Under the pieces are notes generated by a model, which saw nothing but the letters and a program-made list of their open reading frames with translations, had not been told where the DNA came from and did not search any database. A stretch of 64,000 nt of DNA from Yuukianura sp. NJ FZ-2021 (lineage: Eukaryota), in assembly GCA_046563655.1 (NCBI GenBank), contig CM102290.1:3782001-3846000 (forward strand). Reading direction: 5' to 3'. Position 1 is the stretch's first letter, and each line of letters opens with the position of its first letter. The position numbers were made by a program, and so were the translations under genes. Shown piece by piece: positions 1-18,755 of this stretch.

Positions 1-49
1 ACAGTATAACTCCGTGAGTGCATCCTGCTCAACTCCAATACTGCTTAAA

Positions 50-3000
50 ATGAGTTCAAGCTTGGATTATCAATGGTAAGCACTTTGGAAACAATTTTCT
101 TAGCTATGGTATAATTCTGCCTCAAATCAGCTAATAACAACCTATTTCCGGCCATCAAACTAAATGTGTAAAATGATTAGCACGGTATGTTTTTGCCAGG
201 GTTTATGCCATTATGGACTCCTCTCGTGTTTCCACTTTCCTCATCTCAATCCTTTTGATCATCTATGGAAGTTTCAGGTAACTACTAACTGCTTCATTGG
301 TCATGAAGACGAGAGAAATACATTTTTATGCACGACTTCCTCTCATTGTTTCCCTTTGCCTTTCTTACAGATCTTTAAATATGGAACAAGAAGCTCGTGA
401 AAGAGAAAATGATGCAGACTCGTCTAAATCCAATCGTTCAAGTTCCAATGAAGCGAGTAAGTTAACTGTCCCATGGCGTTCACTGTGTGAAATCATATCG
501 GTATTAACGTTTTTTATAGCTCTCTAGGTGTGGTTTTGAGGTTTGGAGAGAGTAAGTTCTAGGGAAATGGGTGAATGTTAATAGCAGAGAGCAAGGAGTA
601 TTGTGGTTTAGTTCTAGTAAATAATTGATGATGACGATGATTAAGCACATGAAACACGATACGGACAATGGCCTTAGAGTGAAAAATGAAAACATAGCGT
701 CCTGTTGACATGTTATGTAAAGAGTTGCGGTTGGTGACACCTCATACTTAAAAAGTCCTGACTAATACAATTACCTATATTTATAGTCTACTATTTTCAA
801 ATCATGCAACATGAACTTTACAAAGGAATTTGATAACATGGATGACAAACATTTCCAAAAGGTGATTCAACTCACTTCTTTGTTATTATTTTTCTAGATG
901 TACAGACTTTGGATACGATGCAGGCCTTGTGCTTACCGTTGGGAGCCTCCATATCTCTTCTGGTCATGTTCTTCTTCTTTGACTCCATGCAAATGCTATT
1001 CGCCATTTGTACAGCGGGTAAGTTTTTTGATCTTGGAGAAACGTGAAAGTTTGATTCTTGAATTTATGAAATCACGGGTTCGATACGTCAGAATTTTTCT
1101 GAATGGAATCGGTGCTAAAGCGGTGTTCTTTTGTTACGGTAAAAGAAACGTGTTGAAGGTGATTTATGGGGAGACATACCAGCAGGGTGGCTGATTTTTT
1201 TGATTTTTTTCAAAAAAATCAAAAATCATGATTTTTTGATTTAATCAAGATTTTTTTGATTTAAATCAAATATACAATTTTGTACGCCTTAGTCCTAGAA
1301 AAATGTAAATTAAGTTCCAATTTGGATGTAAAAATATTCGTAAATGACACTTCAGCACCTCCCACTCGGAGTTATTCTGATTCCAATGTAAAAATTCAGT
1401 TTTCAGCAAATGAAAAACGATTAGGTGGTGAGGTTTTAGGGAAAATTGCTGAAATTAGGCGAAAATTTGCTCAAAACAGGCAGATTTTGCAACATTTTGT
1501 GTACTTGATTTAATCAATGATTTTTTTCAAAAAAATCAACTGATTTAATCATTGATTAAATCAATGATTTAATCAACTTGATTTAAATCAAAGCCACCCT
1601 GCATACCAGTACAGTCTGAATTCGTTAACCCGTTAATGTTGTAGTTATGATTCATCAGGTTTTTACTTTTTTTTATCAGTTCTGTACAGTTTATCCCTGA
1701 ATTGATGCTATCCTGAGGAATTGGGGGTTATTTCTCAATACCCGGGGATTTGGGATATTAGGGCTCTGGCGATGTTTTGTTAACGGCGGGTAAACAGTCT
1801 GCGCGAACCCTTAATTTAGTTTAGCTACACCCATCGCATTCCCGAGAATTAGTAGTAAGATGCAATAAGGTCAAAAACAATTTGGTCAAAAAGTGAAAAG
1901 GTCAAAAAGTGCGAACCTACTTCTTGTAACTTTTGACATTTTCACTTTTTGATCAAATTATTTTGACCATTTCACTTGCTACGTGGGGTAAGCAAGACAT
2001 TACTTCTGTTTGGGCGATGAGTTCTTTCAAAAATCGCTTCCTGGATTTGCTGATTTCATACAATTTCATACATTTTTTTTTGGAAAGTGTTGAATTTTGA
2101 CTTGCCGTTTTTGTTAGGCTGTCAGTCGTAAGTCAAACACTGCTTCCATGAACGGGACACTGAACGAATGTGTGTTTTGATTTTTGATTTAGTAATTGCA
2201 ACAATTGCCCTTGCATTTCTACTCCTTCCCATGTGTCAGTACATCGTACGGCCATGTTCAGCTGAGAATAAGTGAGTTAATTAGCTGTCTAATGAAAACT
2301 TTGTTTTAATTCTGATGCTGCTTTTAGTATGTTTGGACAAGTGCTGTAGACTGTAGATACTACAATTGGTTATGGCTTTTGTTAGCTTAATGAGCTTTAC
2401 TCCCCTAATTTTTAATGAAATGTTACTAATTCAATATGAATTTGTAATTTCCAGGATACCATTTGGATTTTGTGGACGATACACATCAGCCGAACTGTTA
2501 TCCTTCTCCCTCTCCATCACGATTGTCTGTATATGGATTCTGACGGGTCACTGGCTTCTGATGGATGGTATGATGTTGTGAATTGATATGGAAGAAATTG
2601 TTGGCAAATTGGCAGCATTATCGTGGACAGATGACAATTGCATCTTGTTGAATTAATTTGGTTTGATTGAATTAGCAATGGGAATGGGGCTATGCGTGGC
2701 GTTCATAGCGTTCGTTCGTCTACCAAGTCTCAAGGTCTCTACACTTCTGTTGACGGGGCTTCTAATCTATGATGTCTTCTGGGTCTTCTTCTCTTCGTAC
2801 CTCTTCAATGCCAACGTTATGGTCAAGGTCAGTGTTCATTGATTTTTGATTTGTCTTTGACATGAACTAAATTGAAATTGTGTTTTTGATTTTTTTTAGG
2901 TAGCTACTAGGTCTGCAGAGAATCCAATGGGATTGGTGGCCCGAAAATTGCATCTGAGCGGAATGGTACGAGAGGCACCGAAACTATCCCTTCCAGGAAA

Positions 3001-3645
3001 ACTAGTATTTCCAAGCATCTACACAGCGGGACACTTTTCGATGCTAGGACTTGGAGATATTGTGAGTTATTTGCTAAAAGTAACAACGAGTGACAGAAGA
3101 ATGATGGTTTCATACATGGCTGTTTTCCTTATTGTAGGTCATGCCCGGTTTGCTCCTTTGCTTTGTTCTCCGTTATGATGCATACAAGAAAAGCCAGGCA
3201 CTTCACTTCCAAGAAATCTCGCCCGAGTGCAGACATTTTTATAGAATTAGGTAAGAATAAGATTGAGAGAAAGGTTTTTGAACTCTACAAGATTCATGCT
3301 TGTAACTGAATTAAGTTAACGATGTTTTTCTTCTTGGAAAGCTATTTCCATTGCTCTCTGATGGGATACTTTTTGGGACTGCTGACGGCAACAGTTTCGT
3401 CCGAAGTATTTAAGGCTGCCCAACCTGCGCTGCTTTACTTAGTTCCTTTTACTTTGTTGCCACTTCTCACAATGGCATATATAAAGGTAACTGCTCACTA
3501 ACTTACCAACGATCATGTCACAACTCCTGTAAAAGTTTTTACAGTAGAATTCATGCTTTTTTGTTCATTTTAGGGTGATTTGCGTACAATGTGGAGTGAA
3601 CCATTTATAGCTCACCTTCCAGCTTCAAAGGATCAAGTGGTTTGA
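50..3645 (+). CDS. SPPL3: Signal peptide peptidase-like 3 (GxGD intramembrane aspartyl protease), 11 coding exons
   Basis: GT-AG exons 50-75, 200-277, 371-456, 898-1017, 2193-2271, 2455-2567, 2676-2827, 2900-3061, 3138-3250, 3342-3486 and 3574-3645 splice in frame. Translation [40 protein letters not shown]... contains catalytic [19 protein letters not shown] and [10 protein letters not shown] motifs and ends [11 protein letters not shown]...DQVV*. Confidence 0.95.
1183..1601. mobile_element. Non-autonomous hAT-type MITE in SPPL3 intron 4
   Basis: 10-bp TIR CAGGGTGGCT (1183-1192) / AGCCACCCTG (1592-1601), perfect 8-bp target-site duplication CATACCAG (1175-1182, 1602-1609), subterminal TGATTT/AAATCA repeats, no coding capacity. 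Confidence 0.88.
1869..1968. repeat. Imperfect ~40-bp inverted repeat (MITE-like remnant) in SPPL3 intron 4
   Basis: GGTCAAAAACAATTTGGTCAAAAAGTGAAAAGGTCAAAAAGT is mirrored by ACTTTTGACATTTTCACTTTTTGATCAAATTATTTTGACC. Confidence 0.6.
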
Positions 3646-4934
3646 GGCCTGCAATTCGGATTCATTTGTCTAACTTCCAAAAAACATTGAATCAGCTCAT
3701 CAAACTTCCGTTTGACTATGACTCCTCCAGCTCTAACGCAGCCAAATCTTCGTTTTTAAGCAACATTCAGCATTTTTCCAAGCATTTGGTCTCTGGCGAG
3801 TCGTCCAAGCATTTAACTTTTCTCCTAACTCCACGAGTCACAACTGTACTACTACTTACACGTAACCAGACGAGGACAATTGACGCATTGCATTAATCTT
3901 TCCAGAAGACTTTCTAGGGACAACTCTTACCGGTAACATTCGATTCGAATCTGCGTAAGTGAACAAACGTACTGAAAGGCTGAATTTTGAGAGGTCGTGG
4001 TGTTGAACATTTGAAAGTAAGGAAAAGTAAGTATACTTGAACTGGTGTGAAGGAATTGACAATATTCCCCTGACAAGATAGAATTGCAGTAACACTTCCA
4101 AAATGTCCAGCATCCGACACAAAAACTTGTACTGCGACTGCTTTTACAAAACTTTGTTCTCATTTTTTCTCTTTTTTACTTTACAAAAATCAAACTCAAA
4201 AAACGGAAAGTGTGGCAGCCTAAACGCTCTTAATTTTTTAAAAATAAGTCTATAACGCATAATACTCTGAAAAACATATTCCTGTGACCTCATTTTTCCG
4301 TGTACTATTTAAATTTTGTAATTAACCGAGTGAGAACGACTAATGCTGCGCAGAAACTGAAATTGACGAGTCACTTGTTGAAACCGTTAACACAAAAACA
4401 GGTCCCATTTAAACTATGATATTCTTAAAGTTAAGTTAATTTTGGAATGAAGTATTTGAAGTGTAGAGATTTTTAGAGTTAAGGTGTATTACCCAAGTTG
4501 TTAACCTATCATTTTCCAAAATGCTGTTCTAAAAAAATGTTGAAGAACAGAGATCTGTATAGTCATTTTTTAAGAAACAAAAATTCAAAAAAAAGTTAGC
4601 AAAGTAATGCTGTTAGGCCGTTAAGAAAGAGGGACGTAACGGAAAATATAAATCTCGCTCGTTGTTTTAGGTTCGTTTCGGAATCTCGGTTTCTAAATAC
4701 ATTAGTGTATTAGTGAATATCAGGAAAATGTAATAGACATTATGTGTAGTACTTAGTATGTTCCCACTTTATCATAGTATAGTAACTAGTAGTGTTATGT
4801 GACGTTTTGAAGGTGCGCGTTATACGCGAGAGCGCGTTATTTGCGAGAAAATACGGTAGTTGTAGTTATATTAATTACATGTTATTCTCCACGCTCCAAT
4901 TTCTTACTTGTTAGCTTCATATTTTTTGTAATGT

Positions 4935-4940
4935 AATAAA
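4935..4940 (+). terminator. Probable SPPL3 polyadenylation signal
   Basis: AATAAA preceded by TGTA motifs and followed by a T-rich tract, ~1.3 kb after the SPPL3 stop. Confidence 0.5.
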
Positions 4941-5039
4941 AACAGTTTACCACCCTAACTTGTTAGGGATTAAGTTCTCTTTTCATATATTTTACGTTTA
5001 TTAATTACAATTTACTCAAAATTAATATTTTTTTTTTAG

Positions 5040-8000
5040 AGTTGTACCTGGAAAGAAAGTATCGACGTACTTACACTATTCTGGAATTGTGACTTAATAA
5101 CACACTTTTCCTGGACTTAATAACAACGTGAAAGAGAAAGTCGCAACTCGGAGAAAAAGTAATGATGTTTTATATATATTTTTTGTTGCATTTAACGATG
5201 CTTGCATTTTTCGTGAAGGGATTGATTGAAAATGAGTTTCTTTTGTAGGATTAATCGATTATGGCACTGTTCACGATGACAAGGGAACCTTACTAGTTTT
5301 TGTTGGAGCAGCGGTTCTTAGACTTTCTCCATTTCCTAACAACGAAAACGTAGTGAGTCTAAGTGGTTCAGTCGAATACATTCTCCTGATGGATTTTGAT
5401 GATGACACTGGTAGATGGAAGAAGAAAATACACTCATATTCTTACCAAGATGAACAGAATGGAAGAAGAAAGAGAGAAGATGATTGAAAGGAGAAAGTGA
5501 TATGAAGGGAGAAGAGAGAAAGCAGCGTCAACCAGAATTTGATCCAGTTTGTGGAATTGTGGTGGTAAAAAGTTTCTTTGAGTTTCATTTTTAGCCTAAC
5601 TGCTTACTAAATTTTTTTATTTACTGCTTGGCAGTTGCAGTTTCTTGTGTGTGGTGACACACTGTGCCTTCCAGAATTTTTAAAAGTTTTTATACCATAC
5701 TAACTTTTCTGTTCCAAAAAATTAATCCGCGTTTCTAAAACTTTTTTTTTGTGATTTTAGAAATGTTAGCAACGGAAGCGAGACGTTGCATAACTGGAGA
5801 ACTTTATGGGTAATCTTAAGGATATAAAATGGCACACAATTTTTTTTTACTTAAAAAACCTGGTTGCCGTTATTATGCCGTTGTCTTTTTTTGGTTTTGC
5901 AGAACTGGAAAAGGGGAATGGAAACCGAGACTAGTGTTTTTCTTTGCTGGAGAAAGTATTGAGGTGGTGGTGGCGTGAGCCTGCTGCTCAAGCTGAACAG
6001 TTTGGGCAGCAAAAAGCTTCTCCTTGGAGCTCTCTGGAGCCACCGAAGTTTCGTGCCATCTGAATCAGTGGGTGAAAGTAGAATGGTTTGGTGGTGCTAG
6101 GAAAAGACGAGCTTTTCTCCCAGAAGCACCCTACATAACTACGTACTAACATCCCCTTGTGTGTTTATATTAGTGGTATTTTTTCGGGAGGCTTTAAAAA
6201 GCAGTTCCGAGGCTCCGACATGTAACGAACTTGGCTTGTGGCCGCGGCGGTGGTGGTTGGTCGACGTTTTTTTCAAAAAGAGGAGAGTGCGGAACTGCTG
6301 CTGCCGCCGCGGCCGTTTTCTCTATTTTAGAAATTTAAAAAATGTTTGGAAAGGTTTCTCCTGTTCTACTCGGCCATGTTGCTAGTAGAGAACCCTACTT
6401 CTATAAGAACTAGTTAGTAGTGAAGTGGCAGCTAAGCTGGTGACTCTTGGCTGCTGCTACTTAAAAGGTATGCGAATCCACAGGGTTAGTTGGGTTCATG
6501 AAGGACCAACCACTTTCACTGGGGAAATTGCGTGGGTGGAGAGGATGGATATTGGTTGAAATCAAGATTCGGTATCAAATACCGTTTCGGGAGTCGCGAG
6601 ATTAAATATGTGTTGAATCTTTTCAAAGATTTAAACTGACAATTGCTCAATATGTTTGACTTTGTTTCTCGACGGTTTCGATTAGAAGTTCGTCACCAAT
6701 TCAAAATTTTAGATGTTCCTGAGAATTAGAAGTTCGTCACCAAGTCAAAATTTTAGATGTTCCAGACAATTGGAAGTTCGTCACCAAGTCAAAATTTTAG
6801 ATGTTCCAGAGACTTAGAACCTCGTCACCAAGTCAAAATTTTTGATATTCCTGAGAATTAGAAGTTCTTCACCAAGTCAAAATTTTAGATATTCCTGAGA
6901 ATTAGAAGTTCTTCACCAAGTCAAAATTTTAGATATTCCTGAGAATTAAATTAGAAGTTCGTCACCTAATCAAGAAGTCAAGGTCGAACCAAAAAAAACT
7001 TTTTTTCATATTTTTCGACGAAACGATCGATTTTCATCGTGACCATGAAAATCGTTGGTTGCACGTTTGTTGCGGAATCGAAACCCGCCTAAATGGCTCC
7101 TACGATTGGTACCACATTCCGAACCCGGTTATTCGGGTATTTTGGATTCAGTGAACCCTAGTTTTAATGTTAAGGTGAAGGAAATGGCAAGTGGAAATTG
7201 TACCTAGAAAAAGGCAACGTGGTTTCGCGTAGAGGAATGAAGACTTATAAAGTTGAAGTGGGCGGTGACTGAGTGACTTTGTACGACCGCCACTACGGTT
7301 CTTATAGCCAAGTCAAACCCAGAGAAAGTTGGCTATCCATCCCTAAGTTTTGAATGTGAGCAGCTTCGCAGCTTAAGTTCAGCAAAAGGCTAGAACATTG
7401 CAAAAACAGTTTGATAGTTATAGTAGCTCGACTGGTCTATGTTCGGCAACACATCCCAAGAAATAGCATCGCTTTCGCCTCGTTCCCAAGGTGTATAAAC
7501 CTAGTGCGGAGTCAGTTGACGACGACGGTGGGGCTGGGGAGGATTACTTTACAAACAACGGAACCTATACCATAGGCTATGACTACCCAATGATAAATAC
7601 AGTGTGATTCTTCAGCTATAAGTTTTTTCCTTCCTTCCTCTAGCTTTGGCTCAGTCTTCTCGAACAGTTCTTGGACGACGGTAGGATCCACTTTTTGACT
7701 TTTTTTAACGTAAGTGACAAAAGGGCAAAGGAGAGATGTTCTTAACTGTTTCTTTGATGCTGTGATCTCTACTGGATCTTCTTCCTTTGGTAACCTACAC
7801 TACCGAACTCATATTCATCTTCATCTCTATCTCAATCGACCAGTATCCATTTAAGGACAGGTATCGTCGTAATACCGTAGTAGTGACACTGTTCGCCTTG
7901 TTTATATTCAACTTCACATCTTTGTGGTAAGTGTTATTGATACAACAGTGCATCCGCCGTGGTGTCCATTACGAAGTGAATTACGATTACACGTTCTAAA

Positions 8001-10926
8001 CAGTAATCGTTGTTGAACAATCGAATGACATTTGAGTTCCCTCAAAGTATCTTGTTGGTGGTTGTGTTGTTTTTAAGTTCAACTGTAAGCAGCCTATGGT
8101 TAAAATACTAACAGCAACATCAACAGGAGAGGAAGCTTGAATAAAAAATAATTTAGCGTAATTTGCTATATTGGTGTCCTTTAACGATTGACATAGGAGC
8201 CAAGAGCGAGGAAGACATGTCAACATCAACATAGAAGAGACGGCCGAAAGGAGTGTCTCCCCAATCCAGGCTTCGGTATTGGACTTGTGTGGTCAGTTTC
8301 TTGTTAATTAAGAGGTACTAATTTTTCTAGTGGTTTGTAAAAGTGGACGATACTTGAAGTTGCTTAGAAGGAAAGTCATTACGCGAGTATTGTTGAAGAT
8401 TTGACCGAGGGACGTCCATCTTTGTTTGAGGAGAAGTTACAGGTCAAGTTCAAGATTACCCAAGCACGCAAGGCGAAATTAACGTAAAGGACACGACGAT
8501 ATCTAAGAGACCAAAGTTTCTGGATGAACTTCTGGGACGGGGCAGGTCATTTTCATTAGATTCCGTAAGTTTGTGAAACTGTTTTTACTCACCTCTTCAC
8601 TTTCCCTAAGATCCTTTGTTCCTTGTGGCCAACCAACCTGTCTAGATTCCAGAAATACTTCTTGTCACTCCTTTGTCTTAACTTCTATCCCACATAACCA
8701 CTTTACAACTTTTTTGTCATCATTTACACAGAGGTTTGTAAAAGTGATCAACGATTAACTGATTCTTATATCCTTTGCCTTTTATAGGTGACAAGACTTG
8801 GACAAGATTACACGAACAGTGGACCACTACTGTGAGCAACACCTCTAGCAAAACTGGTCATATTTCTGACATCAATCAAATAATCCTGGGTCATTGTTTA
8901 CTTTTGACTATCCGTCCACGGCTACGATCCACCATCACATTCAGTTATCCAGTGAGCAAGTTATCTAGTGAGCATAGACTATCGTCAGTCGACGAAATGG
9001 ACGGAACTTGTACTTGCACAAGTACTGGCAGCAGACGACTAGGATCCATTGCTCTTGTTGGAGTAGCCTCCCATCATCGGTGGTACTGAAACCCCGTCAT
9101 CAACAACTCAGCTGGTGACGACTTTCCTTCGTCACTGTGTGCGTCTTGTCGGATTTGTTCATCAAAGGTAAAGCAATTCATTGATTTTTTCTTGGTAAAT
9201 TAATTATAGTAGTAAGGAATATTCCAATGGGCCTGTGAGTAACGGTAACCGAGAAGGTCTTAATTATATCAACAGTGTAGAAAACGTTAAACGTTGGCAC
9301 AACGTGCTGGAGTGCCTGAGAGTCACCTTGTAATTAAGTCTATCTGAGGCCATTTGTTTAGTTTTTGAAATAATGGTGGCAAAAACTGCGATTGTAAGTA
9401 TTTTATGAATTGAATAACGCGAGGTAAAGGTCAGAGTTCATTCTTCTGCGTTTGCAATAAGTTGAGGGAATTTTGGTATGATTCTTATAAAGTTAACGTT
9501 AGGTTAAACGTTAAACGTGGAGTAAATTTAGGAAAGTCAAGAAAAACACCATCAAATTTGGAGAGAAAGTTGAACGTGCGGAGTATATCGCGACTATTTG
9601 CCAAGTATTATCTTGGTTATTCCTTCCATTATCAGTAATGTGAGGTTGCAAAAACTTTTACAACAGTATTATTGATTATTTAAATCCAATTGCCATCAAA
9701 ACGATTAGTTTTGACGTTTTTGACTGTGTAGTAAGAGTAGGACCAAGATGGGGCATGACATTGACAGTAATTCTACTCCAGTAGCAGCAGTAGTCACCTA
9801 ATAAGTTCAGAATTCAGGAAGCTTTCTCCTCTTTGGACGATGGCGGCTGATAATGAGCCGTTATTCTCTACGTTAGAGATTAAATTAAAGGGATTTAAGG
9901 ATTTTAGTCTTCCTACTCTGGACGTCCATTATTCTGGAAGTGGAAAGTTCAGGAAGAGTCCTTGTATACTCTAGGTCTATTATATCATCTATCAGCGGGC
10001 ATTTTAGTAAGTAAGAACAACCCGGGTGCTGACAGGACTTATCTACTACACTTAACTCCTAGGTGACATTGTCGCCAAACACTATTTCACTAGGTCCAAA
10101 AGTTTCACCTTCTGCCAAATCTCATATGTTCAGGTTATAATTTCCGTAGAACTTTTTTAATGGAGTTCTTATGACTTTTCCCAGCACGTTTTTTCAGGAT
10201 TTTATTGGATTTTTTATACTTTTATACGTGTAACTTCTTGGATTCATAACTTTTTAAGTTGGTTGTGGGCAGTGGGCATCGGGTGTGGTGGTGCAGAAGG
10301 CACTACCCGCTTTTTTAGACTCTCGGAAAACTTTTGACGGGAATCGGAAAGAGATTCGGTGTTTGTTTTTGCAAGATTTTAGCGTTGGAGATTTTTTTTT
10401 TTTTTGCAATACATAAGTGTATGTTTGCAACAGCAAAATCAGCTGAAAATTGTTCTTTTTTGTTTAGGTTTCATGTACGTCATAGCTTCAATGTTAAATG
10501 CCTACGACGTATTATGTTACGCTACGTTACGCTTAAAACTCTTGGTACGATACTTTAACCTTGTTCTAATCTTTGGCCATTTTGGGTAGGGTATGTTTAA
10601 TTTATGTAAATGATGTTCCCCTGATTACTTTTACATTAACACTTTCGTCCTGCGCCCATTTACTAAAAGCTAAAACTTAAAACTGGCCACTGACATCTCC
10701 TCCTCAGTCGGAAAATAAATAAGATTACTTGTAGTGCCTGGCGTGTTACTACTACGTTTATTTGAAGTAAAAAAAATACAACTTAAGTTGTAGATCCAGC
10801 ACACGCAAAAGCAAAACTTACGAACAATTAACTCAACTATTTTTTGCATTTTAATTTGTTTAGGACGTTCGGTTACTTCCTTTAGACTTGCTTTGACGTT
10901 GTGAAGAGGGACAGCAGCAGTTCAAA
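5040..10926 (+). ncRNA. Putative multi-exon non-coding transcript: very long 5' leader of Gprk1, or a lncRNA
   Basis: Acceptor/donor-bounded blocks 5040-5158, 5249-5564, 5761-5809, 5903-6467 and 8788-9167, further sites at 7644 (acceptor) and 8564 (donor), and an acceptor at 10863 just before the Gprk1 ATG. No long ORF. ATG is depleted relative to CAT. Confidence 0.5.
6681..6967. repeat. 44-bp minisatellite, ~6.5 copies
   Basis: Unit ATTAGAAGTTCGTCACCAAGTCAAAATTTTAGATGTTCCTGAGA starting at 6681, 6725, 6769, 6813, 6857 and 6901, plus a partial copy; no spacers. Confidence 0.95.
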
Positions 10927-17228
<6,302 letters not shown>

Positions 17229-18755
17229 ACGAAAACATGAAGATGTGACCGGCACTACTTTCTACATGCACCACCCCCTCCTCCTAACACGGGTTCGACG
17301 AACACGAGCCGACGGCCGAGACACGGCGGTTGTTTGTTGCTTATCCCCAGTGACAAGAAGAGCTCCAGTATTATGTATAGTGACTAAAGTTGGCTTCCAC
17401 GGGATTGGAAACACCCACTGAGGGAATTTCCTAGAATCAAAACAAAATGGCTCCTTCCCTGCTAGCACATTGAATATGAGAGGCCTCCTGGAAAGTCCTT
17501 GGACGAAATTGACCTTTAGATCGTTGCGAAGTTAACATAGAAGAAGGAAATAGTGTACTAGTCATTCGGCGTTTCTCCACAGCATCAAATCATCCGAAAC
17601 TCTCCTGTCGTTTTCAAGTAATAAATCACCAGCGCGCCTCGTCTCGTCGTCGTCAACAATCAAGAGAAAAAAACTCATCGCTTGCTAATAAGTGTACTGC
17701 TAACTTATAACTTTACTAAAATTCCTCCACATATCTTTTATCGTTTAAAAAACCTAACTCTAAGAAGTTCATCCCCTAAAAAATCTCTTCTTCATTCTAA
17801 ACTTAAACCTTGCCCTCTTTGACATACATCTCACTTAAACTCTGTCCTTTTCAGATCTGTTCATCCATCCTTACCCCTGTCCTGCCCCTCTTTTGATAAA
17901 AGTACCAAAGGAATTAGTTTTTAACGTGCCAAAAACCAAATAATAGATGCTAAGTGTAGGCTAACTTAACACTTAATTAGTTTTAATCTACTTAGAGAGT
18001 ATTACACCTAACTAGGATTAAGTTAACCCTAGATTTGTTCAAGCTACGACTTACAGTCCAGTCACACTTCCACTCCTTTAAAAAATGACTGCAAATTGCA
18101 TTAGAAAATTGAGACGCCGCTTTTGAATTGAGCCGCAGTGTTCAAGCCACTCAATGGTTTTTGAATTTGTTAACAAAAAAAAAACTTTTTAAAACAGAAA
18201 ACAATGTTATGAACAGATTTTTTCGACCTTTCGTTGTCTTTTTATAATAATCTCAAGGAGCACTTACAACTGTCTAGAACGTTAAGGGCCCATCTCAAAT
18301 ACCTCTTGTTATACTTAAATTATAATAATTCTAACCTAAATCTACTTCAATCCCCGCCCCAAACATAAAACATTAACACAAAATGCAAACAATTTTAAAA
18401 ATATCCCTATTTAAAGACGAAAAGAAAAAGTGTCACAAGAACTTTTACCACCTTAACATATATATATATATATACCTAATTATGGTTAACGATCATTTCA
18501 TTTGACCCGCATTTTAATAAAAGAAGCAAACTTGAAAAGGGAAATTAAAATTTGCTTGTTTCTACACTAGTGTCTCTACATAATTTTTCTATTGGAAATG
18601 CGATATGGCGAAGGCTTTTTGTCGATATTCGGAAATTTGTAATAGAAGAAGAAGTGCAGCTTTAACCGATCATTCCACACGCATAAATCGCCGTCTAGTT
18701 GACTTTTTTGAAAAAAGAATTATTTTTCTTTAATTTTGAGAATTTCTAACGAAAA

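Noticed and set aside
5903..6467. RNase P/MRP, 7SK, SRP or telomerase RNA identity for the structured block
   Set aside because: The conserved signature motifs and a telomeric template were not found by eye; left as an unassigned structure.
6681..6967. Regularly spaced 44-bp repeats as a CRISPR array
   Set aside because: Units are contiguous with no unique spacers, there are no cas genes, and the context is eukaryotic.
7201..9170. Exon-like composition suggesting a decayed gene, viral insert, or reversed/complemented coding sequence
   Set aside because: The ORF track shows nothing recognisable, and trial reverse-only and complement-only readings of sample stretches gave only short frames with no known motif.
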